Positions 44,675-52,059 of a DNA stretch of 55,308 nucleotides are shown here, piece by piece. Positions within the stretch are counted from its first letter, which is position 1. Each line of letters starts with the position of its first letter. The notes under the pieces were generated by a model, which worked only from the letters and a program-made list of their open reading frames with translations, was not told the origin of the DNA and did no database searches. This DNA is from a virus, in IMG/VR virus record IMGVR_UViG_3300045988_052571, one strand, 5' to 3'. The position numbers were made by a program, and so were the translations under genes.

Positions 44675-46404
44675 GATTTCACTTCCTTTTCTCCGAACCA
44701 TTTCTTTGTTACGGCGATAGGGAACTCTTCAATCTCAGAGGCCCACGCCGCCGTCCCGGCTCCGTATGTTGTTTCCCACACCAGCGGAAACCCGCCGATG
44801 CCGTCAAACAAACTGCCCAGCTTTGCGCCGCCGCCCATGTACGGTTTCATTTTCTGGACGATCCAGAACCATTGCGGAAGAGCAATGCTATTTCCCAATG
44901 CTTTGTACCGTGGACTGTCTGCCGCCTTGTGCTTTTTCCCTTTGGTGTCCGTCCATTCTCCAATGTCCGTCCATCCGTCCGGGTAGCCTTGCAGACGTTC
45001 GCACTCTGTCGGTGTGAGGCGGCGCACGATCCAGGCAATCTTCTTCGGCAGTTCCATGTGTTCTATTGCAACCGCCTGCGCATCGTGCATCGTGTCCAGT
45101 GTGCCAGACTTTTCTTTTGTGACCGACGCATGAGCCTGTCCGTTCCCGATTCCATAGCTTTCCATGACCTGCGGCCCGGAATGTGATGCTATGCTCCGGC
45201 AGGTGATAGATGTGGCCGTATCTCCCGTCACGGCTCCATTGTACAAGTCAACTGCAATAGCGGTGTAGTCCGTGATTCTGCTTTCGTGGTCGCCCGTAAT
45301 AGTCGGCACTATCTTGCCGTCGCCATTTCCTCGTGCATCAAACACTTTCACAACGGCGGATGGCGTATGCGCGCTTTCAGCCAAAGGATGGCACGGGTCG
45401 CCCCAGTGCGGGTTACTTCCGTTCTGCGGGCTGGTTAGTTGTGTAGTGTCAAACGGCAGTGCATCAAGAACAATCGGGTCATGGCCTTTTGCATTTGCCC
45501 TCAATGTTCCCACCACGTCATACGACACATCCATCTTGCCGCCGCCCTGGTCGTTCAAGACCGGAACTTTGTACGCTACCGCTGGACGGTCAACTGTGTT
45601 CAATGTGTAGCTTCGATTTTCCTTTACGCCCAATCCGTTTGCGCCAGCTGTTTCTGAACGGTCAATTATATTTCCCGCTAGGCAATAGACCGGCTGGAAG
45701 AGCGTCTGGTCTTGTAGCGTCGATAGCGTCCCGGTTTTCTCCGTCTGCACCAGCGCACCCTTGCCGCCGCCTGCACATCCCCCTCTAATTTTCAGGGTAT
45801 ATGCGTTCCGCCCCCCCTCTGCCACCACTCGATCATTTCCAGCAGGGCGGTTTCCAGCAGTTCTTGCAGCTTCTTTCCACGTCGGGATGCTCTGGTCAGG
45901 ATGCCCCGGCAGGCTTTCGCGCTCAAATAGTATTTCTCCGGCACGTCCGCCTGCAAAATCCACGACAAGAGCGATACGCTTTCTTCTCTGGGGGACTCCC
46001 CAATGTTGAGCGTCGAGCTGTCGCCAAGCAAGGCTCCATCCGGCTCCGGCGATTGCTCCGGCTTTGCTCCATCTGCCCCCCCTCGGAGGTCTAGGAACAA
46101 TAGCGTCTGGCTGTTCCACGCGGGCAAGTTCTTCCAGAACGGCGCGGAAGTCCTCTCCGCCGTTGGAGCTGAACGCTCCTGGTACATTTTCCCAAATAGC
46201 GAAAGTTGGGTACATTCCATTTGTCGCTTTCCTCATTTCCCTGATGATTCGCACGGCATCAACAAAAAGACCAGACCGCCCTCCGGCAAGTCCCGCCCTG
46301 CGTCCCGCAATGGACAAATCCTGGCACGGACTGCCGAACGTGATGCAATCCACAGGCTCTATCTGGTCGCCGTGAATCTTTGTAATATCGCCAAGGTGGA
46401 TCAC
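44671..46404 (-). CDS. DNA (cytosine-5) methyltransferase with apparently circularly permuted motif order
   Basis: 577 aa; GSPCQDLS (IV), ENVPGAF (VI) and QRRKRIALV (VIII) are N-terminal; RRLTPTECERLQGYPDGW (IX) and ALGNSIALP (X) follow; LFDGIGGF (I) and ASEIEE (II) come at the extreme C-terminus. Confidence 0.75.
   Translation of the reverse strand: MIHLGDITKIHGDQIEPVDCITFGSPCQDLSIAGRRAGLAGGRSGLFVDAVRIIREMRKATNGMYPTFAIWENVPGAFSSNGGEDFRAVLEELARVEQPDAIVPRPPRGGRWSKAGAIAGAGWSLAWRQLDAQHWGVPQRRKRIALVVDFAGGRAGEILFERESLPGHPDQSIPTWKEAARTAGNRPAGNDRVVAEGGRNAYTLKIRGGCAGGGKGALVQTEKTGTLSTLQDQTLFQPVYCLAGNIIDRSETAGANGLGVKENRSYTLNTVDRPAVAYKVPVLNDQGGGKMDVSYDVVGTLRANAKGHDPIVLDALPFDTTQLTSPQNGSNPHWGDPCHPLAESAHTPSAVVKVFDARGNGDGKIVPTITGDHESRITDYTAIAVDLYNGAVTGDTATSITCRSIASHSGPQVMESYGIGNGQAHASVTKEKSGTLDTMHDAQAVAIEHMELPKKIAWIVRRLTPTECERLQGYPDGWTDIGEWTDTKGKKHKAADSPRYKALGNSIALPQWFWIVQKMKPYMGGGAKLGSLFDGIGGFPLVWETTYGAGTAAWASEIEEFPIAVTKKWFGEKEVKS
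45792..46220 (-). CDS. protein-like ORF in the +1 frame inside the methyltransferase gene (possible overprinted gene)
   Basis: 142 codons; ATG with GAGGA 9 nt upstream; balanced composition with a helical segment VPEKYYLSAKACRGILTRASRRGKKLQELLETALLEM. Confidence 0.25.
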   Translation of the reverse strand: MECTQLSLFGKMYQERSAPTAERTSAPFWKNLPAWNSQTLLFLDLRGGADGAKPEQSPEPDGALLGDSSTLNIGESPREESVSLLSWILQADVPEKYYLSAKACRGILTRASRRGKKLQELLETALLEMIEWWQRGGGTHIP

Positions 46405-46700
46405 GTCTGTTGACCTGCCTTTCTTGCCATTTCCACGACCTGCTCTGCGGTCAGCCAGCCCTCAACGCCGTTATCGTCCCGGATGTTGCCCATCACTTCA
46501 AGCAAGCCCTGTTTGAATCCGTAGGAACCGTAACCGCAGATGGCATCCCAGCTGCCGCCAAAGTTCTTGTCGTTCACCGTGACCTGCCAGCCCCAGTCCT
46601 TGTCCGAAAAGTCCTTGTCCATCTCCGGGAAGCGGCGGTGCAAATCATGGTTGACGTGCAACTCCGTCAGCATTGCGTCGAGCTTTTCAATCTCCGTCAT
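46401..46700 (-). CDS. hypothetical protein
   Basis: 99 aa; GTGA overlap with the methyltransferase start. Confidence 0.5.
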   Translation of the reverse strand: MTEIEKLDAMLTELHVNHDLHRRFPEMDKDFSDKDWGWQVTVNDKNFGGSWDAICGYGSYGFKQGLLEVMGNIRDDNGVEGWLTAEQVVEMARKAGQQT

Positions 46701-46897
46701 GCCTCTTTCGCCTCCCAGTTCTCTACAATCCAGCGAATTGCGGCATGAAGTGCGCGCTTCGGGCAGGCTCTAACCGTTGCCATTTTTGCTACCAGCCGGA
46801 TTGCCGTGCGCACCTTTTCTCTTTCTGCCTCGGTAATTGGCGTAAAGCGATCATCTGCCATATCTTCCAGCAGTTCGATAGCCTCTGAATACAGCAC
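46697..46897 (-). CDS. hypothetical 66-aa protein
   Basis: GTG start 9 nt after RBS AAGGAGG; the longer TTG-initiated ORF (to 47137) is rejected. Confidence 0.45.
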   Translation of the reverse strand: MLYSEAIELLEDMADDRFTPITEAEREKVRTAIRLVAKMATVRACPKRALHAAIRWIVENWEAKEA

Positions 46898-46929
46898 GAA
46901 ATCAACCTCCTTTGTTTTATTTTTTCTTG

Positions 46930-47404
46930 TGTGGGCGGTTGGAGTCGAACCAACTTTTATCTCGGTGTTTTGGGGGAGATAAACGCCGCCGTCGCCGTCA
47001 GCCATAGGCGCGCCCACATATAAGACCGCCGCCTCCCTGGAGATAATCGTAAAGACGGAGAGGCGGCGGGCGGCCTTATCTGCCTTTAACCAGCAGGGGG
47101 AAAGGCCTGCCGCCTTTGGCTTGGGCGGGTAGGACAAGGCGCTTCTTCGCTTGTGCGGCGGCGCACCCTCTTTCGGCTTCCGTTGCCGTCATGCAGGGTA
47201 CGACTTGACTAGGAGCAGCATGGTTTTTCACCAGCTTTCGCGTTAGGAGGGACGCTGCCATACGGCACTCTTTCGCCCTGTTGGTACGCAAATGTTATGG
47301 AAAATCGCACCAGCTTCCATGATGCCTATACGCAACCGACGCAGGCGGGGTTTGGCCCCGCTTTCAGCGGATCAGCCGCGGCAACGGCTGATCCGCCCTG
47401 CGTC
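46930..47404 (-). ncRNA. large structured RNA candidate with a 3' tRNA-like module (GOLLD/ROOL-class by context; identity unverified)
   Basis: About 475 nt with no credible ORF; perfect 3-way junction at 47338-47404; multiple helices; 3' module with a 7-bp acceptor and T arm GTTGG-TTCGACT-CCAAC. Confidence 0.55.
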
Positions 47405-47406
47405 AC

Positions 47407-47443
47407 ATAAAAGGCCGCCGCACTGACGCTGGGTGTAGCGGCC
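47407..47443 (-). terminator. probable terminator after gene 47467..47940
   Basis: Minus strand: GGCCGC ... GCGGCC with an inner CAC/GTG pairing, followed by TTTTAT. Confidence 0.4.
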
Positions 47444-47466
47444 CTGCAAAATAAGCCAAATGGGGG

Positions 47467-47940
47467 TTACTTATTCTTCGGTCGATAGTGCTTGCACTGT
47501 TTGTCGTAGCCGCCGCACGGCGCGCACCGCGGGATGGTTATTTTGAACGTATGCTCACACTGTACTTCTCTTGTTGCACCCTTTTGCGGGGCAGTCTTGG
47601 TGTATGCGCTTCTTGCCAAACGGTTCTCCTTTTTCGCTTTTTGGATGTAACTTGCGCGCCCCATCGGGGCCGGATGTTCTCGTTCGTCCTGCCAGATTTC
47701 CCAGCGTTCCGGCTTGTTATAATTTCTTGTCAGCCGCCGACACTGCCAGATGTACCGATAGTAGATTCCACCTTTACAAGCGTCCCAGGCTGCCAGTCCG
47801 GCAGTTGCTATATATGCAATCTCGGCTTCCGAAAGCCCGCAGTTCAAATCTTCCGGCAGGAGTGTAGCATCTCCCGTGATTCTTGTTCCATCCGGCAGAT
47901 ACACAACGTACCTTGCCGGGTTTGCATTACCGTTCATCAT
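47467..47940 (-). CDS. hypothetical protein
   Basis: 157 aa; Cys-containing basic C-terminus. Confidence 0.5.
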   Translation of the reverse strand: MMNGNANPARYVVYLPDGTRITGDATLLPEDLNCGLSEAEIAYIATAGLAAWDACKGGIYYRYIWQCRRLTRNYNKPERWEIWQDEREHPAPMGRASYIQKAKKENRLARSAYTKTAPQKGATREVQCEHTFKITIPRCAPCGGYDKQCKHYRPKNK

Positions 47941-48487
47941 AGTGGGTGGCGATCATGTCTGCGAAATGCAAGCAGAGAACTTCGGGATAGCGGTCATAGG
48001 CTGTTCCGAGTGTGTCCCAGCTTTCCCTGCCGCAGTACGCGCCCATGTGCCAGCGAACCGCAATGATTTCTTTCCCGGTCAGCTTGATAAACCGCTGTGC
48101 CATAATCACGCTCTCTTCACCATGACCCAGCAGGCCGCGATCCTCATAACCGTACTTGTGGAATGCAGTTTCGTGGTACTTGTTGACCTTGCAAATGTCG
48201 TGCAGGAGTGCCGCCACCAGCACGGCGTTCTTGTCGCAGTCCTTAAAGGCGTGGTTGGTTTCGCACAGTTCCATTGCCGCATCCGCAACATTGACGGTGT
48301 GGGTTGCCAGGCCGCCGAAACGGTTTGAGTGGTGCTTAATGCTTGCCGGGAGATCAAAGAACCCCCGCTTCTCTAAGTCGTAGAGCAGTGCATCCGCACC
48401 GGGCCGTTTGTGAAGTCCTGCTTTCAGCCACAGTGCTTCAAACTTTTCCCGCGGCTCCATGTCCTCATACAGCTTTTCGTTTGCCAT
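47927..48487 (-). CDS. HD-domain phosphohydrolase
   Basis: 186 aa; HHSNRFGGLATHTVNV and LVAALLHDICK (HD motif). Confidence 0.7.
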   Translation of the reverse strand: MANEKLYEDMEPREKFEALWLKAGLHKRPGADALLYDLEKRGFFDLPASIKHHSNRFGGLATHTVNVADAAMELCETNHAFKDCDKNAVLVAALLHDICKVNKYHETAFHKYGYEDRGLLGHGEESVIMAQRFIKLTGKEIIAVRWHMGAYCGRESWDTLGTAYDRYPEVLCLHFADMIATHYDER

Positions 48488-48626
48488 TGCGCTTACCCTC
48501 CTGTTTCTTCTGCCATTCCTCTAACCGCTTTACGTTCGCCGGGTCAGAGTAGAAAAGTTCTGCCAAGTCAAGCAAGCTGCGGGTCTGGTATTCCGTAACG
48601 ATGGGCTGGGCTTTTTTTCTTGCCAT
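48465..48626 (-). CDS. hypothetical 53-aa protein (not in the ORF track)
   Basis: MARKKAQPIVTEYQTRSLLDLAELFYSDPANVKRLEEWQKKQEGKRNGKRKAV; weak RBS. Confidence 0.3.
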   Translation of the reverse strand: MARKKAQPIVTEYQTRSLLDLAELFYSDPANVKRLEEWQKKQEGKRNGKRKAV

Positions 48627-48642
48627 TGCCGTACCGCCTTTC

Positions 48643-48933
48643 TTAGAACTTCCCCATGAGCAGATGTGCGAAAAACTCCGTCATGCTGTCTGTCTGCACA
48701 CCGCGCTTGCCGCTGATCTTGTCGAGCCATTCTTCCTTGCAGGCTTCGTCGATCATCTTGTGCATAACATTCTTGAGTTCGGCCAGCTCTTTTTCGTTGC
48801 TCGCCACGGTCACAAGCACCCCGGATGCAATTCTTCCGGCCAGCATGAGCAGACCAGCTCCCGTCCCTTCCAGACCGATCAGCATTTTCCCGGATTCGTC
48901 CCGGCTTGCGTTGATTTTTGCAGGTGTTTTCAT
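48643..48933 (-). CDS. hypothetical protein
   Basis: 96 aa; RBS AAAGGAGAA. Confidence 0.5.
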   Translation of the reverse strand: MKTPAKINASRDESGKMLIGLEGTGAGLLMLAGRIASGVLVTVASNEKELAELKNVMHKMIDEACKEEWLDKISGKRGVQTDSMTEFFAHLLMGKF

Positions 48934-49218
48934 GTTCGTTCTCCTTTGGTTTCTGTTTTATATTCGGATATGGAGGCGCTTCCCGGAGTCAGCACCGGGC
49001 GGGCGGGTGAATAACTCCCGCCTTGCACTGGCTGCGCCATATCAAAGGGGCGGTTTTGACAGGTTGCCGCCCCGCCCATGCGGGCCGCCCTGGCGTGTTC
49101 TTTTTGTCCTTGTCAGGTAGGACACCCGGTAAATCCGATGAACCGGGGTGGCCGTCTGCGTCCCCCGCTTCCGGCCACATGGCAGGCGTGTTTCGGGTCG
49201 CCCAGCCCGTGCTGGGTG

Positions 49219-49395
49219 TTATTCCCAGCCATCACCGCCGCCGATAAAGACGGCTATCACCAGCAGGAAGAGCCAAACCAGGGCGACGATGCCCCAGCTA
49301 AAAGCCGTAGCGGACACCCAGCAGAGAAATGCTGTTACCGCCAGTGCTATGACGAACAGGACAATGAGCATCACGCACAGAACAATGATCGTCAC
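49219..49395 (-). CDS. small two-TM membrane protein
   Basis: 58 aa from a GTG start (RBS GGGAGGAAAAAG); IIVLCVMLIVLFVIALAV and WGIVALVWLFLLVIAVFI. Confidence 0.45.
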   Translation of the reverse strand: MTIIVLCVMLIVLFVIALAVTAFLCWVSATAFSWGIVALVWLFLLVIAVFIGGGDGWE

Positions 49396-49538
49396 TTCTT
49401 TTTCCTCCCGCGTTTCTTCTTGTGCTGCTGTGTCTGCCGTGCCTTTGTGCGGTCTTTGCACGGTCGGCAGTACATCGAAACCAGCGTATCGCACCGACGG
49501 TATGCTGCGCCGTCGTGCCTGCGTTTTGAGCAGTTCAT
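49392..49538 (-). CDS. Cys-rich basic 48-aa peptide
   Basis: MNCSKRRHDGAAYRRCDTLVSMYCRPCKDRTKARQTQQHKKKRGRKKK; RBS AAAGGAAG; GTGA overlap with the next gene. Confidence 0.3.
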   Translation of the reverse strand: MNCSKRRHDGAAYRRCDTLVSMYCRPCKDRTKARQTQQHKKKRGRKKK

Positions 49539-49596
49539 TCGCTTCTTCCTTTCCGCCTCGCTACCGCTCGGCTCACAGCTTGCCAGCGAACAGCTT

Positions 49597-50829
49597 TCAG
49601 CGTTTCTTGAAATAAGCGGAACGGCCCCCGATGTACCAGCTGGAATAGCTGCGCGGACTGCCGAGGTACAAGTCGAACAGGCCGGCGCTGCCGCCATCGT
49701 CCCAGTTGCCGCCCCGAAGCGGAATGTATTCGCCCTCCGTCGCGTCCACAGCACAGACCGCCTCGCCCTCACCAGCAAACAAGCCCAGTTCCATAAGCTG
49801 GTCGCTCCAACATAACATCCGCACGTCTTCCCAGCTCTCAAAGTTGGCGCGTCCATGCTGCGGTTTCTCTGTGGTGAACTTGATGCCGTCCATTGCATCG
49901 ACGTAAACCTGGTCGCCGTTGCTATCCACGATGGGCTTCCATCCGTTGCCGCAGGTTGTCAGGTCTGTTTCCGGCAGGGCTGCGTTGTTGTTCTCCGCTG
50001 CCCAGAGCGCGCCGTCCTTGATCCGCAGACCCCGGACGATCTCTAAGACGTTGCCGCACAGGTCATGTACACCTGTCGGCGTGTGGTCGTGCGTCCAGGT
50101 AGCAGGGCCAGAACCAGTCAGCGTCTTGTTGCTGTCCTTGACGTTCACACCGCACTCTGTCGGGTCGGCGTGGTACTTGCCGCAGTTGGTGTTACCGTGT
50201 GGCAATGTGCCGTTCTTCCAGCTAAGACAGGCCAGCAAGCCCCACTCCGCCGCCGTCATGCAGTGCCATCCCTCGCCCTTGGCGAAGCAGGCATCTGCAA
50301 ACTTGTCTGCGGTAATGTCGGTGACAGGCTCCATGTAGGGCAGGCTGTACGGTTTACCGTTAATCATGGTGTTCTCGTAGACCGAAATGTAAATCTCGTC
50401 GTATACCTCGCCGCCGATGATGAACGCCGGGTGCGGCTTGTCCTTTCCGCCGCGGAACAGGTCTTTGTCGTTCATGCGGCGGAAGCGGTGCATGATGCTT
50501 GGAATGCCTGCGTTGTCGTAGATTGCAACAACATCCCACTGTGCGCCGGGGGCTACCTCTTCCGGCTCGGTCAAAGGCTTTACCGAATTTGCTTTCTCGT
50601 AGGTTTCGCAGCTCTCGCAGTCGTCATTGCATCCCACACATTCCGGCTCTCCAACGCCCTCTTCCGGGTCACGGCAGCCGTCCCGGAAGATGGTCGGCAG
50701 CACATCAAAGCTGATCTTGTGCGCCTCCTTCACATACTTCAAGAACTGCTCTGCCTGGGCCAGAACTGCGGCATCCTCACCCTCGGCTTTCATGCTCATG
50801 GGCGGCCAGTTGATCTTTACTTTCGCCAT
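49597..50829 (-). CDS. DGR target protein 2 (paralogue of target 1, FGE/C-type-lectin fold)
   Basis: 410 aa; GWHCMTAAEWGLLACLSW and HDLCGNVLEIVRG motifs; C-terminus IPLRGGNWDDGGSAGLFDLYLGSPRSYSSWYIGGRS is VR2. Confidence 0.88.
   Translation of the reverse strand: MAKVKINWPPMSMKAEGEDAAVLAQAEQFLKYVKEAHKISFDVLPTIFRDGCRDPEEGVGEPECVGCNDDCESCETYEKANSVKPLTEPEEVAPGAQWDVVAIYDNAGIPSIMHRFRRMNDKDLFRGGKDKPHPAFIIGGEVYDEIYISVYENTMINGKPYSLPYMEPVTDITADKFADACFAKGEGWHCMTAAEWGLLACLSWKNGTLPHGNTNCGKYHADPTECGVNVKDSNKTLTGSGPATWTHDHTPTGVHDLCGNVLEIVRGLRIKDGALWAAENNNAALPETDLTTCGNGWKPIVDSNGDQVYVDAMDGIKFTTEKPQHGRANFESWEDVRMLCWSDQLMELGLFAGEGEAVCAVDATEGEYIPLRGGNWDDGGSAGLFDLYLGSPRSYSSWYIGGRSAYFKKR
49614..49724 (-). repeat. 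DGR variable repeat 2 (VR2)
   Basis: 111 nt aligning to TR 2921..3031; 13 mismatches, all at TR adenines. Confidence 0.9.
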
Positions 50830-51115
50830 GCTTCTTTTTCCTTTCTTCTATCTGGCGGCGAATTGTTTCTTTCGCCTTTCTTTTTCTGTCGTCCTCCCGT
50901 GCGCGCCACACGCCGTAGGAAATCCCCGCGGCATCCGCCGCCCGAACGTCCAGCGTCAGGGCATCCGGGGGCGGCTTTCGGTATCCATTCCCACGGGCGG
51001 GGCCGGGGATGTTCCTGCGGGCAGAGCAGCAGGGGCAGTATTTGCTTGCCGGGTTTTCGGCTACAAATACCGTTCCGCAGTCGGCGCACTTTTTCAGCAC
51101 TCCCGTTACTGCCAT
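50777..51115 (-). CDS. zinc-ribbon protein with a basic C-terminus
   Basis: 112 aa; CADCG...CPCC. Confidence 0.45.
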   Translation of the reverse strand: MAVTGVLKKCADCGTVFVAENPASKYCPCCSARRNIPGPARGNGYRKPPPDALTLDVRAADAAGISYGVWRAREDDRKRKAKETIRRQIEERKKKHGESKDQLAAHEHESRG

Positions 51116-51279
51116 TTGCCGCGCCTCTCTTCCTGGGCCTTTTTGTATGCAGAGAACCAGCGGTCAAGGGCTTCTTTCTGCCGGACGTACCGACGGCGAT
51201 TGCGGATCATCGTTACGATGGTGTACGTTACCGTGCAAGCCGCCACGACGATCACTGCCAATGTCGTAAACTCATTCAT
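51106..51279 (-). CDS. single-TM 57-aa protein (not in the ORF track)
   Basis: MNEFTTLAVIVVAACTVTYTIVTMIRNRRRY... Confidence 0.35.
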   Translation of the reverse strand: MNEFTTLAVIVVAACTVTYTIVTMIRNRRRYVRQKEALDRWFSAYKKAQEERRGKWQ

Positions 51280-51442
51280 TGGCTGCCTCCTTGCCCGCCG
51301 GGTCGGGCTGTTCTGCCTCCGGCTCCATAGACTTTGCCAGCTTCATGCCCTGGGCCAGCCCCGCCAGGTAGATTTTGGCCGTCGGATTCTCCGCCAGCAC
51401 CTTGGCGATCTCTTCGCTCTTCATCTTCTCTTTCTCGCTCAT
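51272..51442 (-). CDS. hypothetical 56-aa protein
   Basis: Met17 of ORF 51272..51490; RBS AAGGAG. Confidence 0.4.
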   Translation of the reverse strand: MSEKEKMKSEEIAKVLAENPTAKIYLAGLAQGMKLAKSMEPEAEQPDPAGKEAANE

Positions 51443-51456
51443 GTTATCACGCTCCT

Positions 51457-51522
51457 TGTTGTCCGCCCCTGCCCGCCGTGCTATAATCATGGCAGGCGGA
51501 AAGGGGGTGATTTCAAATGCCT
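51457..51522 (+). promoter_or_regulatory. promoter/RBS cassette, copy A
   Basis: TTGTCC, 17-bp spacer, TGCTATAAT (51479-87), RBS AAAGGGGGTGA, then ATGCCT; about 60 nt repeated at 52060..52125. Confidence 0.6.
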
Positions 51523-51726
51523 ACATATAAAATCGTCACGAAAGACAAGGGCCTTACCAGTTCCCAGATCACGGAGGTTGAAAATCTCGTGGATTCTTCC
51601 TACGCAATCGCCACTCCAAACCCCCGCCTTGGATTTATCCATGTTACGCCGCTTGGCAACTATTCAGCAAAAGACCTGCCCGTGTTGCCTTATGGCCTGA
51701 CCTACGAAGAAAACCCCGGAACCTGA
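51517..51726 (+). CDS. hypothetical moron-like protein
   Basis: 69 aa with its own promoter and terminator; antisense to the early operon. Confidence 0.55.
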   Translation: MPTYKIVTKDKGLTSSQITEVENLVDSSYAIATPNPRLGFIHVTPLGNYSAKDLPVLPYGLTYEENPGT

Positions 51727-51733
51727 TTGTCCG

Positions 51734-51765
51734 CGCCCCGCTTGTGCAAGAAGCGGGGCGTTTTT
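51734..51765 (+). terminator. intrinsic terminator
   Basis: CGCCCCGCTT-GTGCAAG-AAGCGGGGCG followed by TTTTT. Confidence 0.8.
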
Positions 51766-52049
51766 CATTCTCTCGGTTCTTTCATCCCGGACACCGTGAC
51801 GAGTGCCGCCGGGTAGTCCGGGTCATAGTGAAACTCGATCCGTATTTTCTTTTTGGGGTCAACCATAAATTCCAGCTCCGAAAGAAATCCAATTCCTCTT
51901 ATGGCTTCCTCTCTGGGCCACGTCCCATGATAAACGTCAGGATTGCCGTACACCTGCGACGGTTCCAGCCCGAAGTGCCTTGCCACTTCATCGTGTGTTA
52001 CGCCGCACTTCTCATAAAGCGGGTCGTTCACTTTTTCCACCTGCCTCAC
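51765..52049 (-). CDS. hypothetical protein
   Basis: 94 aa. Confidence 0.5.
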   Translation of the reverse strand: MRQVEKVNDPLYEKCGVTHDEVARHFGLEPSQVYGNPDVYHGTWPREEAIRGIGFLSELEFMVDPKKKIRIEFHYDPDYPAALVTVSGMKEPRE

Positions 52050-52059
52050 CTCCCTTTAA

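Noticed and set aside
46930-47017. Canonical tRNA gene
   Set aside because: The acceptor, D-like and T arms are present. The anticodon arm would be a 6-bp stem with a 12-nt loop preceded by 11 unpaired nt, and there is no linker at positions 8-9. It is treated as a tRNA-like module, not a tRNA.
46697-47291. Protein-coding reading of the RNA region (146-aa ORF 46697..47137 and 71-aa ORF 47076..47291)
   Set aside because: The long form starts at TTG without an RBS and runs through the tRNA-like module. A strong AAGGAGG plus GTG at 46897 explains the conserved-looking C-terminal 66 aa. The 71-aa ORF has a basic, Ala-rich junk composition.
46898-47466. tmRNA
   Set aside because: The 5' acceptor partner lies only 88 nt upstream of the 3' end, not about 350 nt. 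I could find no GGGG 5' end, no resume codon and no tag reading frame ending in hydrophobic residues.
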